This document shows, piece by piece, positions 17,051 to 25,695 of a stretch of 31,124 bases of DNA. Position 1 is the first letter of the stretch, and every line of letters begins with the position of its first letter. The position numbers and the translations under genes were made by a program. Origin of the DNA: Candidatus Asbonarchaeum danakilense. Lineage in GTDB: Archaea; Nanohalarchaeota; Nanosalinia; Nanosalinales; Nanoanaerosalinaceae. Location of the stretch: contig JAXINV010000059.1 in the NCBI GenBank assembly GCA_034190465.1, forward strand, positions 2,993 to 34,116, read 5' to 3'. The notes below the pieces were generated by a model. The model ran no database searches, was not told the origin of the DNA, and worked only from the letters and a program-made list of their open reading frames with translations.

Positions 17051-17198
17051 CGTTCTGTCACGGTATGTGCTGTTGCCAGCTACAAATAGTGGTGGGGCGG
17101 ATGATTGTATTTTTCCGGGGGCATAAGCCGTTGATCCGTGCTGGAAGGAGAGGGGGCAGAGGATCAGTTTTAAGTCCGTTGAACGTGATGATTTTTCT

Positions 17199-17468
17199 AT
17201 GCGCGGCAAGGCATCTGTCAAGGTACCGGGCGGCAAGCTCGTCCGGGTGGAGGCGGAGTACTCCGACGTGTTCGAGGATGTCAACATCACGGGCGACTTC
17301 TTCCTCGAGCCGCCGGACGCGCTCCAGGAGATCGAACAGCGGATCGAAGGTATGGCGACGGACGCCGACCAGGACGACTACGCGGAGGCCGTCAGACAGG
17401 TCGACGCCGAAATGGTCGGCTTCTCGGCCGACGACGTCGCCGAGGCGCTCAGTGAGGTGGTGGCATGA
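17199..17468 (+). CDS. Lipoate-protein ligase C-terminal/accessory subunit (LplB-like)
   Basis: KVPGGKLV...ITGDFFLEP motif; ATGA overlap with lplA. Confidence 0.8.
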   Translation: MRGKASVKVPGGKLVRVEAEYSDVFEDVNITGDFFLEPPDALQEIEQRIEGMATDADQDDYAEAVRQVDAEMVGFSADDVAEALSEVVA

Positions 17469-18214
17469 ACGTGCGCATCATCAAGGACGACGAACCGCGG
17501 AGCGAGGCGATGCACCATGCGCTGGACGAGACCCTGACCGAACGCCTCGACCAGGGTGACATACAGCCCACGCTCCGGTTCTGGTACCGTGAGAACGAGG
17601 CCATCCCGATCGGCCGGTTCCAGTCGTTCGAGGACGAGGTCCAGGAGGAGTACGTCGCTGACAACGGTATCGACGTGGTCAGGCGTGTCACCGGTGGCGG
17701 CGCGATGTTCGTCCAGCCGGGCAGCGTCGTGACGTACTCCATGTACCTCCCGGCGGACCGGGTTGCGGACGACATCGAGCAGAGCTACGCGGACCTGGAC
17801 GCCTGGGCGGTCGATGCACTGCAGTCCGTCGGCCTGGACGTCAGCCACGAGCCGCTGAACGACATCGTCCACCCCGACGGCAAGATCGGGGGCGCTGCAC
17901 AGCTCCGGAAGGGCTCGGGGGTCCTGCACCACGCCACGCTGAGCTACTCGCTTGACACCGAGGAGATGCTGCGCTGTCTCCGGATCGGCAAGGACAAGAT
18001 ATCCGACAAGGCGATCCAGTCGGCGGAGAAGCGTGTCGCTGTGATGCGTGACTACGTCGACCTCGACCGTTCCGAGATCATCGATGCTATGGTTGCCACG
18101 TTCCGGGACAGGTACGGCGGCGAGGACGGCGCGTTCACAGACGATGAACTCAGCACCGCGGAACGCTTGGCTGCTGAGAAGTTTTCCAGCGATTCCTGGA
18201 ACCGGATGATGTGA
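17465..18214 (+). CDS. lplA: Lipoate-protein ligase A catalytic subunit
   Basis: IGRFQ, VVRRVTGGGAMF, NDI....KIGGAAQ and LHHATL motifs. Confidence 0.9.
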   Translation: MNVRIIKDDEPRSEAMHHALDETLTERLDQGDIQPTLRFWYRENEAIPIGRFQSFEDEVQEEYVADNGIDVVRRVTGGGAMFVQPGSVVTYSMYLPADRVADDIEQSYADLDAWAVDALQSVGLDVSHEPLNDIVHPDGKIGGAAQLRKGSGVLHHATLSYSLDTEEMLRCLRIGKDKISDKAIQSAEKRVAVMRDYVDLDRSEIIDAMVATFRDRYGGEDGAFTDDELSTAERLAAEKFSSDSWNRMM

Positions 18215-18253
18215 TGTCTGGTTTATCCGTGCATCCGGAAGAAGTCGCTGTCT

Positions 18254-19066
18254 CTAGGGAAGTTCGCTCCGGATGGCGGCAGCGACCGCGCCGTAGGTCC
18301 AGGTCCGGGTCTGTTCGCCGTTGACGAACACGGTCGGTGTGCTGCTGACGCCGTTGTCGATGCCGGTCTGCTTGTCGTCAAGGGCTTTCTCCCTTGTCTC
18401 ACTGTTGATGATGCACTGCCGCGTGCTGCTTGACAGGTTGCCAAGTGCTTCACGGGCCGTGTCCAGCACCAGCTCCTGCGTCACCCACCGCGTGTGCTCC
18501 GACTGCTGCTGTTCGTACATCGACTTGTGGAACTCCCAGAACGCTTCGGCGTCCTGCTGGTAGACACATTCTGCCGCTGCCGCGGCCCGGTACGATCCCT
18601 GGCCGAGGAAGGGGAAGTGCAGTAGGGCGAACCGGATCTTTCCGGTCTGCACGAACTCCTGCTTCAGTCGCGGGACAACGGACAGCTCGAACTGCCTGCA
18701 GTAGGGGCAGCGGTAGTCGGTGAACGCGACGACCGTCACCGGCGCGTCAGATTCTCCGAGTACCGGCTCGTCTGTCAGGTTGAACGCGGTGGTCTGCTCG
18801 GGGGCGGTGTTGATCTGAAGCTGGCTGGCGACCAGCCCCACCACGCCGAGAAACAGCGCGGCGAACACGGCGTAGCCCGCGTATTTTTTCATCTTCGCGC
18901 GCTGCCGTTCCTGCTGTGACTCCTTCTGTCGTTCTTGCTCACGTTTTGCCTTCCGGTACGTGTCCTGCTGGTGCGAGTTGAGCTCGTCGCTGTGCTGTTC
19001 GCCCCAGTGAAGGTGGAGTTCCTGTTCGGTGTCGAACGTCTCGTTACAAAACCCGCAATCAACCAT
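18254..19066 (-). CDS. DsbA-family thioredoxin with N-terminal C2H2 zinc finger and TM anchor
   Basis: CGFC..F.....LHLH...H, a TM helix, then FTDYRCPYC and GVSSTPT (cis-Pro loop). Confidence 0.88.
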   Translation of the reverse strand: MVDCGFCNETFDTEQELHLHWGEQHSDELNSHQQDTYRKAKREQERQKESQQERQRAKMKKYAGYAVFAALFLGVVGLVASQLQINTAPEQTTAFNLTDEPVLGESDAPVTVVAFTDYRCPYCRQFELSVVPRLKQEFVQTGKIRFALLHFPFLGQGSYRAAAAAECVYQQDAEAFWEFHKSMYEQQQSEHTRWVTQELVLDTAREALGNLSSSTRQCIINSETREKALDDKQTGIDNGVSSTPTVFVNGEQTRTWTYGAVAAAIRSELP

Positions 19067-19167
19067 AGCAAGCGTTTTCCTGTCATACGTTTACTTTGGT
19101 TCTGGGACAAACGCCGGAACGTCCGACCAGGCCAGTGGTTTAAAGGATTGGATGTGTTCTGACGGGT

Positions 19168-19425
19168 ATGGACATCGAGGACTACCGTTCGATGATCGAT
19201 TCGGTCAACCGCGAGATCGTGGCGGCGGTCGCCAGGCGCCGCGACATCGCGCTGGAGATCGGGGAGCTGAAACAGCAACGTGACATGGAGGTAGAGGATA
19301 CAGACCGGGAGGAACAGGTCATCCAGCAGTTCGAACGGCTGTTTGAGGAACACGGCCTGCCGCGCGACCGTGCCGACGACCTGGCGGAGCTCCTGATCGA
19401 TATCGCGAAGGAGGCACAGCGATGA
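19168..19425 (+). CDS. Chorismate mutase (AroQ type)
   Basis: R..ID..N.EI.....RR...A.EIG.LK.......D..RE pattern; overlaps pheA. Confidence 0.85.
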   Translation: MDIEDYRSMIDSVNREIVAAVARRRDIALEIGELKQQRDMEVEDTDREEQVIQQFERLFEEHGLPRDRADDLAELLIDIAKEAQR

Positions 19426-20189
19426 AGGTGGCGCTGCTCGGCCCCTGCGGCACCTACACGCACCAGGCAGCGGAACGGTGTTTCGACGAGTACGACCCTG
19501 TGTTCTGCCGGACGCTACATGACGTCATGGAGCACGACGCGCGGAAGGTCATACCGTTTGAGAACTCGCTGGGGGGTGGTGTTGGCGAGGCGGTGGACGT
19601 GTTGCGCGCGGAACGGCCGAGGGTCACGGGGGAGCAGTTCCTGGAGATTGAGCACTGCCTGGTCGCGGCCGAGCCACTGGCCTCGATCGAGACGGTGGTC
19701 TCCCATCCCCAGGCGCTGGACCAGTGCAGGGCGTTCATCCGGGAGCACGGCTGGGACACGGTGGAGGCGGCCTCGACCGCAGCAGCGGCCGCCGGCCTGG
19801 AAGAAGGTCAGGCGGCGATCGCGTCACGGCTCGCTGCCGAGGTGAACGGTCTTCGCGTGCTCGAGGAAGGTGTCCAGGACAGGAGGTCAGTCACGCGATT
19901 CCTGGTGCTCGGCGGTGAACCGGAGGCCGCTGAGAAGACTTCGCTCATCCTGGAGCCGGGCGAAGACGCACCTGGACTGCTCCACGACCTGCTCGGTTGC
20001 TTCGCGGACCGCGGCATCAACCTGAGCTACATCCAGTCCCGCCCGACGAAGGCCGGCCTCGGGGAGTACTTCTTCTACCTGGAGGCCGACGCGGGAAGCA
20101 GTGATCCTCGTTTCGAGGAGGCGAGGAACTGCTTGGAGGAGAAGACGGACGTCACGGTGCTGGGATCGTACGCGGCAGGGGAGCGCTAG
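19422..20189 (+). CDS. pheA: Prephenate dehydratase with ACT domain
   Basis: LGP.GTYT, PFENSLGG, SHPQALDQC, TRF, PGLL.....F....INL..IQSRP motifs. Confidence 0.92.
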   Translation: MKVALLGPCGTYTHQAAERCFDEYDPVFCRTLHDVMEHDARKVIPFENSLGGGVGEAVDVLRAERPRVTGEQFLEIEHCLVAAEPLASIETVVSHPQALDQCRAFIREHGWDTVEAASTAAAAAGLEEGQAAIASRLAAEVNGLRVLEEGVQDRRSVTRFLVLGGEPEAAEKTSLILEPGEDAPGLLHDLLGCFADRGINLSYIQSRPTKAGLGEYFFYLEADAGSSDPRFEEARNCLEEKTDVTVLGSYAAGER

Positions 20190-20806
20190 TCGGTGTGCTC
20201 CTCGATGAACCGTTCCAGGTTCCGGCGTGCCCTGGCGTGGAACTTTGAGACGCCGCGGTGGTCGTGCTCCGGTGTCAAGCGGATGTCCTGCTCCAGGTAG
20301 TGGCCGATGGTGTCCCTGACCTGCTCGATCCATTCCTCGTCGGACAGCTCGGTGTCATGCAGCTGTTCGACCTCGTCCCGGAGCCGTTCCGCGTTCTCCT
20401 CTAAGACGGTGTAGCTCCCACCGATCTGCGCCAGGTCCGCGGCCCGCACGATCTTCTCCTCCGGCGTGTCGAACGAGGCACCCTCCTCGGTGGCGAGGAT
20501 GCACTGCCTGACTTCATCGATGGTCTCCTGATCCCTCCCGTGGCGTTCCAGTTCATCAGCGGCGATCGCTGCGCTGTACTGCTCTTTAGTGTCGTAGCCT
20601 TCAGCTTTGTGGTCCTCGTGGTAGCCGGCGTCGTGGAACAGCACCGCGTACCGCACGATGTCGCTGTCGACCGGGATCCCGTACCGTGCACACCGTTCCA
20701 GCAGCGTCTCGGCGAACTCGAGCGCGTGCTGGATGTGCTGGAAGTTGTGGTATGGGAGTTCGTCGCTGTACTGCTGCTCTGCAGCGTCCCTGATCTCCTC
20801 GTCCAT
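20186..20806 (-). CDS. HD-superfamily phosphohydrolase
   Basis: LPYHNFQH, LFHDAG, ILAT and RAADL motifs. Confidence 0.85.
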   Translation of the reverse strand: MDEEIRDAAEQQYSDELPYHNFQHIQHALEFAETLLERCARYGIPVDSDIVRYAVLFHDAGYHEDHKAEGYDTKEQYSAAIAADELERHGRDQETIDEVRQCILATEEGASFDTPEEKIVRAADLAQIGGSYTVLEENAERLRDEVEQLHDTELSDEEWIEQVRDTIGHYLEQDIRLTPEHDHRGVSKFHARARRNLERFIEEHTD

Positions 20807-20808
20807 CG

Positions 20809-21279
20809 TCACAGTTTCCGGTACATGATCTTGACGGGTTTCGGTGGCAGCGGGACGCTGAGCCTCTCCTCGACCGTCCCGGCGAAGGGGAGCCATGGTT
20901 TGAGGCTTGGCAGCCACGGCAGCAGTGTCCTGAAGCCGTGGTCCTGGTAGAACGAGGTGCCGGCGATGTTCTCCCGGTGGACGCCGAGAACGGCGATCCG
21001 GCACCCGTCCCGGGCCAGCCGCTCGCACAGCGCCTCCAGCAGCTCGCCGCCGATGCCCTGGCCGCGGTGCTCTTCTTCGACGTACATGCCGCCGACGACA
21101 CCGATCTTCCGGAGGAGGGTCCGGGTCCACCCGGTGCCGACGGTCTCGCCGTCTTTCCGGGCGAGGTAGTGAATTTTGCTGCCGGCGTGGCTTGTTGGGG
21201 CGTTGACGTGTTCGTTGTCCCCTGCCATGCTGGCGACGAGGCCGAGGTCCTCGGTCTCGGTTACCGTGACATCGGTCAC
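20809..21279 (-). CDS. GNAT N-acetyltransferase
   Basis: MYVEEEHRGQGIGGELL and N.....FY..HGF motifs. Confidence 0.85.
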   Translation of the reverse strand: MTDVTVTETEDLGLVASMAGDNEHVNAPTSHAGSKIHYLARKDGETVGTGWTRTLLRKIGVVGGMYVEEEHRGQGIGGELLEALCERLARDGCRIAVLGVHRENIAGTSFYQDHGFRTLLPWLPSLKPWLPFAGTVEERLSVPLPPKPVKIMYRKL

Positions 21280-21803
21280 AGTAAGTCACCGGCTTTCTGG
21301 ACCCGTATCGAGCTGATGTTGAGGAAGGAGACGAGGAATGCGACGATGGCTACAGCGATGGTCGGTGGGTTGCTGAAGAAGAGGAATGGGTAGAGTACCC
21401 CGTTCAATGTTGTCGGTACACCGATGAAGTCGTCACCGTCCCGGACCTGGAACCTTGCAAGCCGTAGAAGGCTGCTCATGACGATGGCCGTCCCTGCCAG
21501 GTGGCCTAGCATCGTTTGACCCATCCATACTGTGACGAAGAAGCCTGTTGCCGCACCGAAGGAGACGAGATCGGCGATGTCGATGGCTTCGCCGAACGCC
21601 GTAGGTGTGGAGAAACGACGCGCGATAAAACCATCCAGTCCGTCAGCGATTGCGGCACCGATGAGGCACAAAGCTCCAAGGCTGAGCCGTCCCTGATGGA
21701 CGGCGATGATGGAGGCAAACCCGAAGACCATGTTGAGCACGGAGATGAGGTCTTTTGGCTTGGCAAAATGCGTCATGGATGCTGACGGTACGCGTTCCAT
21801 CAT
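21276..21803 (-). CDS. pssA: CDP-alcohol phosphatidyltransferase, archaetidylserine synthase (PssA-like)
   Basis: DGLDGFIARR.....FG..ID.ADLVSFG signature, LRLARF, FIGVPT. Confidence 0.8.
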   Translation of the reverse strand: MMERVPSASMTHFAKPKDLISVLNMVFGFASIIAVHQGRLSLGALCLIGAAIADGLDGFIARRFSTPTAFGEAIDIADLVSFGAATGFFVTVWMGQTMLGHLAGTAIVMSSLLRLARFQVRDGDDFIGVPTTLNGVLYPFLFFSNPPTIAVAIVAFLVSFLNISSIRVQKAGDLL

Positions 21804-21835
21804 GTGTCACCTCCTCCTGCAAGTGGCTGCTGGAG

Positions 21836-21868
21836 ATATTTATGTCTGGCTCTGGATGGGGCTTATAT
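21836..21868. promoter_or_regulatory. Divergent TATA boxes pssA/carS
   Basis: ATATTTAT (21836-43) and CTTATAT (21862-68) lie between the divergent starts. Confidence 0.5.
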
Positions 21869-21891
21869 CTTGCCACCTTCCATACAGGGGC

Positions 21892-22443
21892 GTGGTGTTG
21901 ACGGTGTTGTGGACGATCATCGCCGCGGTCTGGACTATCCTGCCTGCATATGTCCCGAACAGTGCTGCTGTTGTAACGGGGGGCGGCCCACCGATCGACG
22001 GGGGGCGGACCTGGGCGGGGTGCCGTGTCCTGGGTGACGGCAAGACATGGCGGGGTGCTTTCGGCGGTACTGCTGCCGGTGTAGTGATGGCGTTCCTCCT
22101 CAATTTTTTCAGATCCTCTGCGTTTCCTATTGTGGGGGCGCGGGTGCCTGTTTTTCCGGTGCAAGCTGCTGTTGCACTTCCTCTCGGTGCTATCTGTGGG
22201 GATATTGTGGCTTCGTTCATCAAGCGACGGATGGGGCATGAAAGAGGGGCTGCTGTACCTCTGCTTGATCAGCTTGATTTTTTAGCCGGAGCTCTCGCCC
22301 TTGCATATATTGTCGCTCCTGGATGGGCTGCTGAATGGCTTGGAAGACTTACTGTGGCGGTTCTGGTCGTCCTGACACCGCTTTTTCACCGTATGGCGAA
22401 CCAGATAGGGTACAGGATCGGTCTGAAGGATGAGCCGTGGTGA
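21892..22443 (+). CDS. carS: CDP-archaeol synthase (DUF46)
   Basis: LPAYVPN, PIDGG, LGDGKTWRG, GD...SFIKRR, PLLDQLDF and C-terminal K.EPW motifs; GTG start approximate. Confidence 0.9.
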   Translation: MVLTVLWTIIAAVWTILPAYVPNSAAVVTGGGPPIDGGRTWAGCRVLGDGKTWRGAFGGTAAGVVMAFLLNFFRSSAFPIVGARVPVFPVQAAVALPLGAICGDIVASFIKRRMGHERGAAVPLLDQLDFLAGALALAYIVAPGWAAEWLGRLTVAVLVVLTPLFHRMANQIGYRIGLKDEPW

Positions 22444-22445
22444 GA

Positions 22446-23334
22446 TCAGATAAGTTCTTGATAGATGCTGTAGCCGAGTTCGGCAAGTTCTTCATCGTCG
22501 ATGGAGTCCAGATCGCCGTTGCATGACCTGCCGTACGCTTCCAGGTCGTGGCAGTAGTCCTGTCGCGCTGCGCTGATGTCTTCGAGCAGCTGGAACAGGT
22601 GCTCGCCGCTGCTGATCCCGTCGATCCTGTCGATGTCGACCAGCCGGTAGTCGCTGGCATCGTCGAGGTGTTCGTTCCTGGCGCGCTCCAGGGCGCGGCC
22701 GTACCGGATGTGGGCGCCGCGGCACTCGCTGTAGCCGGCCTCACGTTCCTCCATCTGGCGGATGATCTCGTCCTCGAAGAAGCTGTTGAGCTCGACCAGG
22801 GCGGCGCCGTACAGCCCGTCGTCAAGCAGCGATGCGAGGCGGTCGCCGTGTTCCCTGCCAGTGCTTCCCTGGCTGCCGGTCGAGGTCGTGGAGCAGGCCG
22901 TGCTCCGAGCGTTCACGTATCCGGTTATAGGCGTCGACCGCTTCGTCAAGCATGTTGTTCTCGTGGCTCTCGTCGTGGCCGTGGACGTGACTGTTCCGCT
23001 CCTGCCTGAGGTCGTCGAGCATGTCGTACAGGTCGTCGTCGATGATGTCGGCTGCCGCTGCACCGTCGAGCAGCTCCGCGCCGTAGATATGGTCGTGTTC
23101 GATGTCGTCGAGGAACTGGTCGACGAGGTGCGCTTCCAGGCCGTCGCCGTCCGCCTCGATGTCGCGGCACGCCTCTGCGATGGCTGATTCGTAGCAGGTA
23201 TACAGCATCACGGCTGCATCGGACAGGTAGCCCTCCTCGAGGCAGCGTGCGAGCTGCCGGGAATGGCTCCTGACCGCCTCCCTGCTGTACTGGTCGAGGC
23301 CGTCCGCCAGCCGGTCGATGCTGTCGTCGCGCAT
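22446..23334 (-). pseudogene. Tandem HEPN-HEPN domain protein split by a +1 frameshift near 22853-22855
   Basis: Frame 1 from ATG 23334 carries RNSHVH and frame 2 carries RQDYCH. The halves share a repeated helical pattern. Deleting one G from CAGGGAA gives a 295-aa ORF. Confidence 0.65.
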
Positions 23335-23357
23335 GGGTCCTGATTGCCGCACCCGGT

Positions 23358-23383
23358 ATTTAAAATCTGCGGAAGTTTTATAA
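23358..23383. promoter_or_regulatory. Back-to-back TATA boxes for the HEPN gene and the divergent small ORF
   Basis: ATTTAAAA and TTTTATAA, each ~25-30 nt from ATG 23334 and ATG 23407 respectively. Confidence 0.6.
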
Positions 23384-23406
23384 CTCGATGGAGACAACAC
23401 TGCTGC

Positions 23407-23733
23407 ATGTGGCCGCGACCCGAGGACGAGATCTCGCTGGAGGAAGAAAATCCACGTGAACGCATCGCTGCGCTGGACGCGCTGCTGACGGAGGAAGGAT
23501 ACGAGCTCCACCACGAGGAGTACAAGGTCTACGAGGACCGGAACGATGCGGAGATGACGATCTACGATCTTGAACCGGTCGACGGCGACGATGTCGCACT
23601 GCTCGCCGGCCAGTCGATGTACGAGTCCGACGATTCACGGGTGGAGCTACGGTACATGGACGGCGAACTCACGGTCGCGTTCTGGAACGATGGTCCGCTG
23701 TCCGACCGGGTCAGCTCGCTGCTGGACGATTAG
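23407..23733 (+). CDS. Hypothetical acidic protein (108 aa)
   Basis: Acidic composition typical of real genes here; TATA upstream; stop overlaps the aminopeptidase stop. Confidence 0.7.
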   Translation: MWPRPEDEISLEEENPRERIAALDALLTEEGYELHHEEYKVYEDRNDAEMTIYDLEPVDGDDVALLAGQSMYESDDSRVELRYMDGELTVAFWNDGPLSDRVSSLLDD

Positions 23734-25037
23734 AGGTCGTCGAGGCCGACGAACTCGCCGTCCTCGAGGATGAGCTGGTCGTCGAGCCACAGCTCGCCGT
23801 TGTCCCTGAGGTCCTTGATCATGTCCCAGTGGACGACGGACTGGTTCTGCTGGCTGTCTTTTTCGGCTTCAAGTTCCTCGTACCGGTCACGTATCCGTGA
23901 CATGACGGTGCGCTCGTCGTTCGGATGCGTGTCGATGACGTCGCCGTAGCTGCCGTCCTCCAGTGCTGCGACGGTCTCGTCGACCAGTTCATCGTATCGT
24001 TCGTCGCCGATCTCGTCGTGGTCGACATCGTCGTAGGCGCCGGCACCGGCAACGATGCCTTTTCTGTAGGCGTTGCCGACGGCGAGGTGGATGGTGCCGC
24101 CGATCTTCTCGTCGAACAGGATGTCGCGGGTGGCCTGGTCGATGCCTTTGTTGGTGCCGATGCCGAACTCGCCGATGAACGATGAGCCGTCGTCGGTCTC
24201 GATCTTCTCCACGAGCAGTTCTTCGCCCTTGTCGGCCGCGTACTCCTCGATATCGCCGTCGTCGCCGAAGACGAGGTGCATGCCCTTGGCCTCCTGGCCG
24301 TCGACCATGGCGGGTAGCTCGAAGTAGATCTCGCCCTCGAACGAGTGCTTCTCCGGTGTGGTGAAGACCTCGCCGCCGGGGACGTTGGCGGTGCCGTCGC
24401 TGTACAGGCCGACCCGGTCCAGGTCGTTGTAGCCGTCGATGGAGAAGGAGAGATCGGTCTTCTCGCCCTTGATCCGGACCTCGCTGGCGTCGTCGACGAT
24501 CTGTTTGAGCTCCTGGTAGCGCCGGGTCTCTTCCTCCCAGTCCCGGACGCATGCCTCGACGACGAACTCCTCGTACTCCTCGGTGGACATGCCTGCGTTC
24601 TGGGCGAGGGCCTGGGTCGGGTACTGGGTGAGGCTCCAGTCTGTGTTCTCCAGCAGTTCTTTCCGCAGCTCGCCGCGACCGGGTGACTGCTTGGCTGCCT
24701 GCTGTTTCTCCGGGTCGATGTCGGCCATCTCTGAGGTGTTGGACGGTGCACGGATGTGCAGCCGCTTGTCAAGCTCTTCTGCCTCCTCCAGCTTGTGATC
24801 GGGCACCGGCTGCTGCAGCTGTTCCTCGTCCGCGGCCTTCATCGACAGTCTGTCGAGTTCGCTGTCGTTGATGTCGTAGTAGACGTCCGCACCTTCGTCC
24901 GCGGCGCGTTCGATGACGGCTGCTGCCAGTGGTTTGGCGTCGTAGTCGAAACTGACCCTGAAGCGGTCGCCTTCGTCGATGTCGAGCGAGTAGTCGACCA
25001 GCAGGTCTGCCCAGTCGTCGAGGTAGTCCGGTCGCAT
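23730..25037 (-). CDS. Aminopeptidase, M29 family (AmpS/PepS)
   Basis: NVPGGEVFT, GEFGIGTN, LFDEKIGGTIHLAVG.AY and S.VHWDMI motifs. Confidence 0.92.
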   Translation of the reverse strand: MRPDYLDDWADLLVDYSLDIDEGDRFRVSFDYDAKPLAAAVIERAADEGADVYYDINDSELDRLSMKAADEEQLQQPVPDHKLEEAEELDKRLHIRAPSNTSEMADIDPEKQQAAKQSPGRGELRKELLENTDWSLTQYPTQALAQNAGMSTEEYEEFVVEACVRDWEEETRRYQELKQIVDDASEVRIKGEKTDLSFSIDGYNDLDRVGLYSDGTANVPGGEVFTTPEKHSFEGEIYFELPAMVDGQEAKGMHLVFGDDGDIEEYAADKGEELLVEKIETDDGSSFIGEFGIGTNKGIDQATRDILFDEKIGGTIHLAVGNAYRKGIVAGAGAYDDVDHDEIGDERYDELVDETVAALEDGSYGDVIDTHPNDERTVMSRIRDRYEELEAEKDSQQNQSVVHWDMIKDLRDNGELWLDDQLILEDGEFVGLDDL

Positions 25038-25144
25038 GGCGTGAGATTCTCTGGCCCGGCTTAAATTTGCTTTCCTGCTGATGTCCAGACTGTTAAGAGA
25101 TGTGAACCCTACGATTTTTTAACCACCAGTTCGAGAAACGGTCT

Positions 25145-25690
25145 ATGGCTGAGGAACTGGGCTGGGTCGAGACGACGCGCCGATCAAACTATCTGTTCTG
25201 GGTCGGGCTCGGTCTTGTGTTCATCGGTGTTGCGCTCTACACGACGTTCGGGACCGGGAAGGCTTACGATCCTGCTGTCACGGTCGCGGGGTTCGGTTTC
25301 ACGATGTTCGATCTTCTCACGCTCCTCGGCGTGCCTGCCGGGGCATACATCATCCTGCGGGCTGAACAGCAGGCACGGACCCGGTACTACTTCGATGCTG
25401 ACGGCATCGTCAAGCGAGCGCCGTTCCCTGTCATCGGTGGCGAGGAGAAGATGTCGTACGATGAGATCGACGGTGCCTGGTGGAGTGAAAGCAAGCTGAA
25501 CAGCGCTGCAGGCTCCATCGGGCTGTACCGGGATGTGGAGAGCTCACCTGATATGCGTCTCCGGAACCTGGCTCGGTTCGATGCGGTGAAACAGGAGTTG
25601 GACGAGAAGGTCGACGACCTCACCTACGTGAAGCGGCGCGGCTCCGGTGGAGCGGGTGCAGGCGCGGCCGGTGGGGCTGGCGCGGTCTAG
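25145..25690 (+). CDS. Membrane protein with a bacterial PH-like domain
   Basis: Two TM helices followed by a TRYYF...GI....Y..I.....S......GSI pattern; Gly/Ala tail. Confidence 0.6.
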   Translation: MAEELGWVETTRRSNYLFWVGLGLVFIGVALYTTFGTGKAYDPAVTVAGFGFTMFDLLTLLGVPAGAYIILRAEQQARTRYYFDADGIVKRAPFPVIGGEEKMSYDEIDGAWWSESKLNSAAGSIGLYRDVESSPDMRLRNLARFDAVKQELDEKVDDLTYVKRRGSGGAGAGAAGGAGAV

Positions 25691-25695
25691 GGTTC

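Noticed and set aside
20807..21289. GNAT-HD fusion or Arg-rich extension of the HD protein
   Set aside because: The extension is an alternative frame of the GNAT gene. Both genes have their own start and stop.
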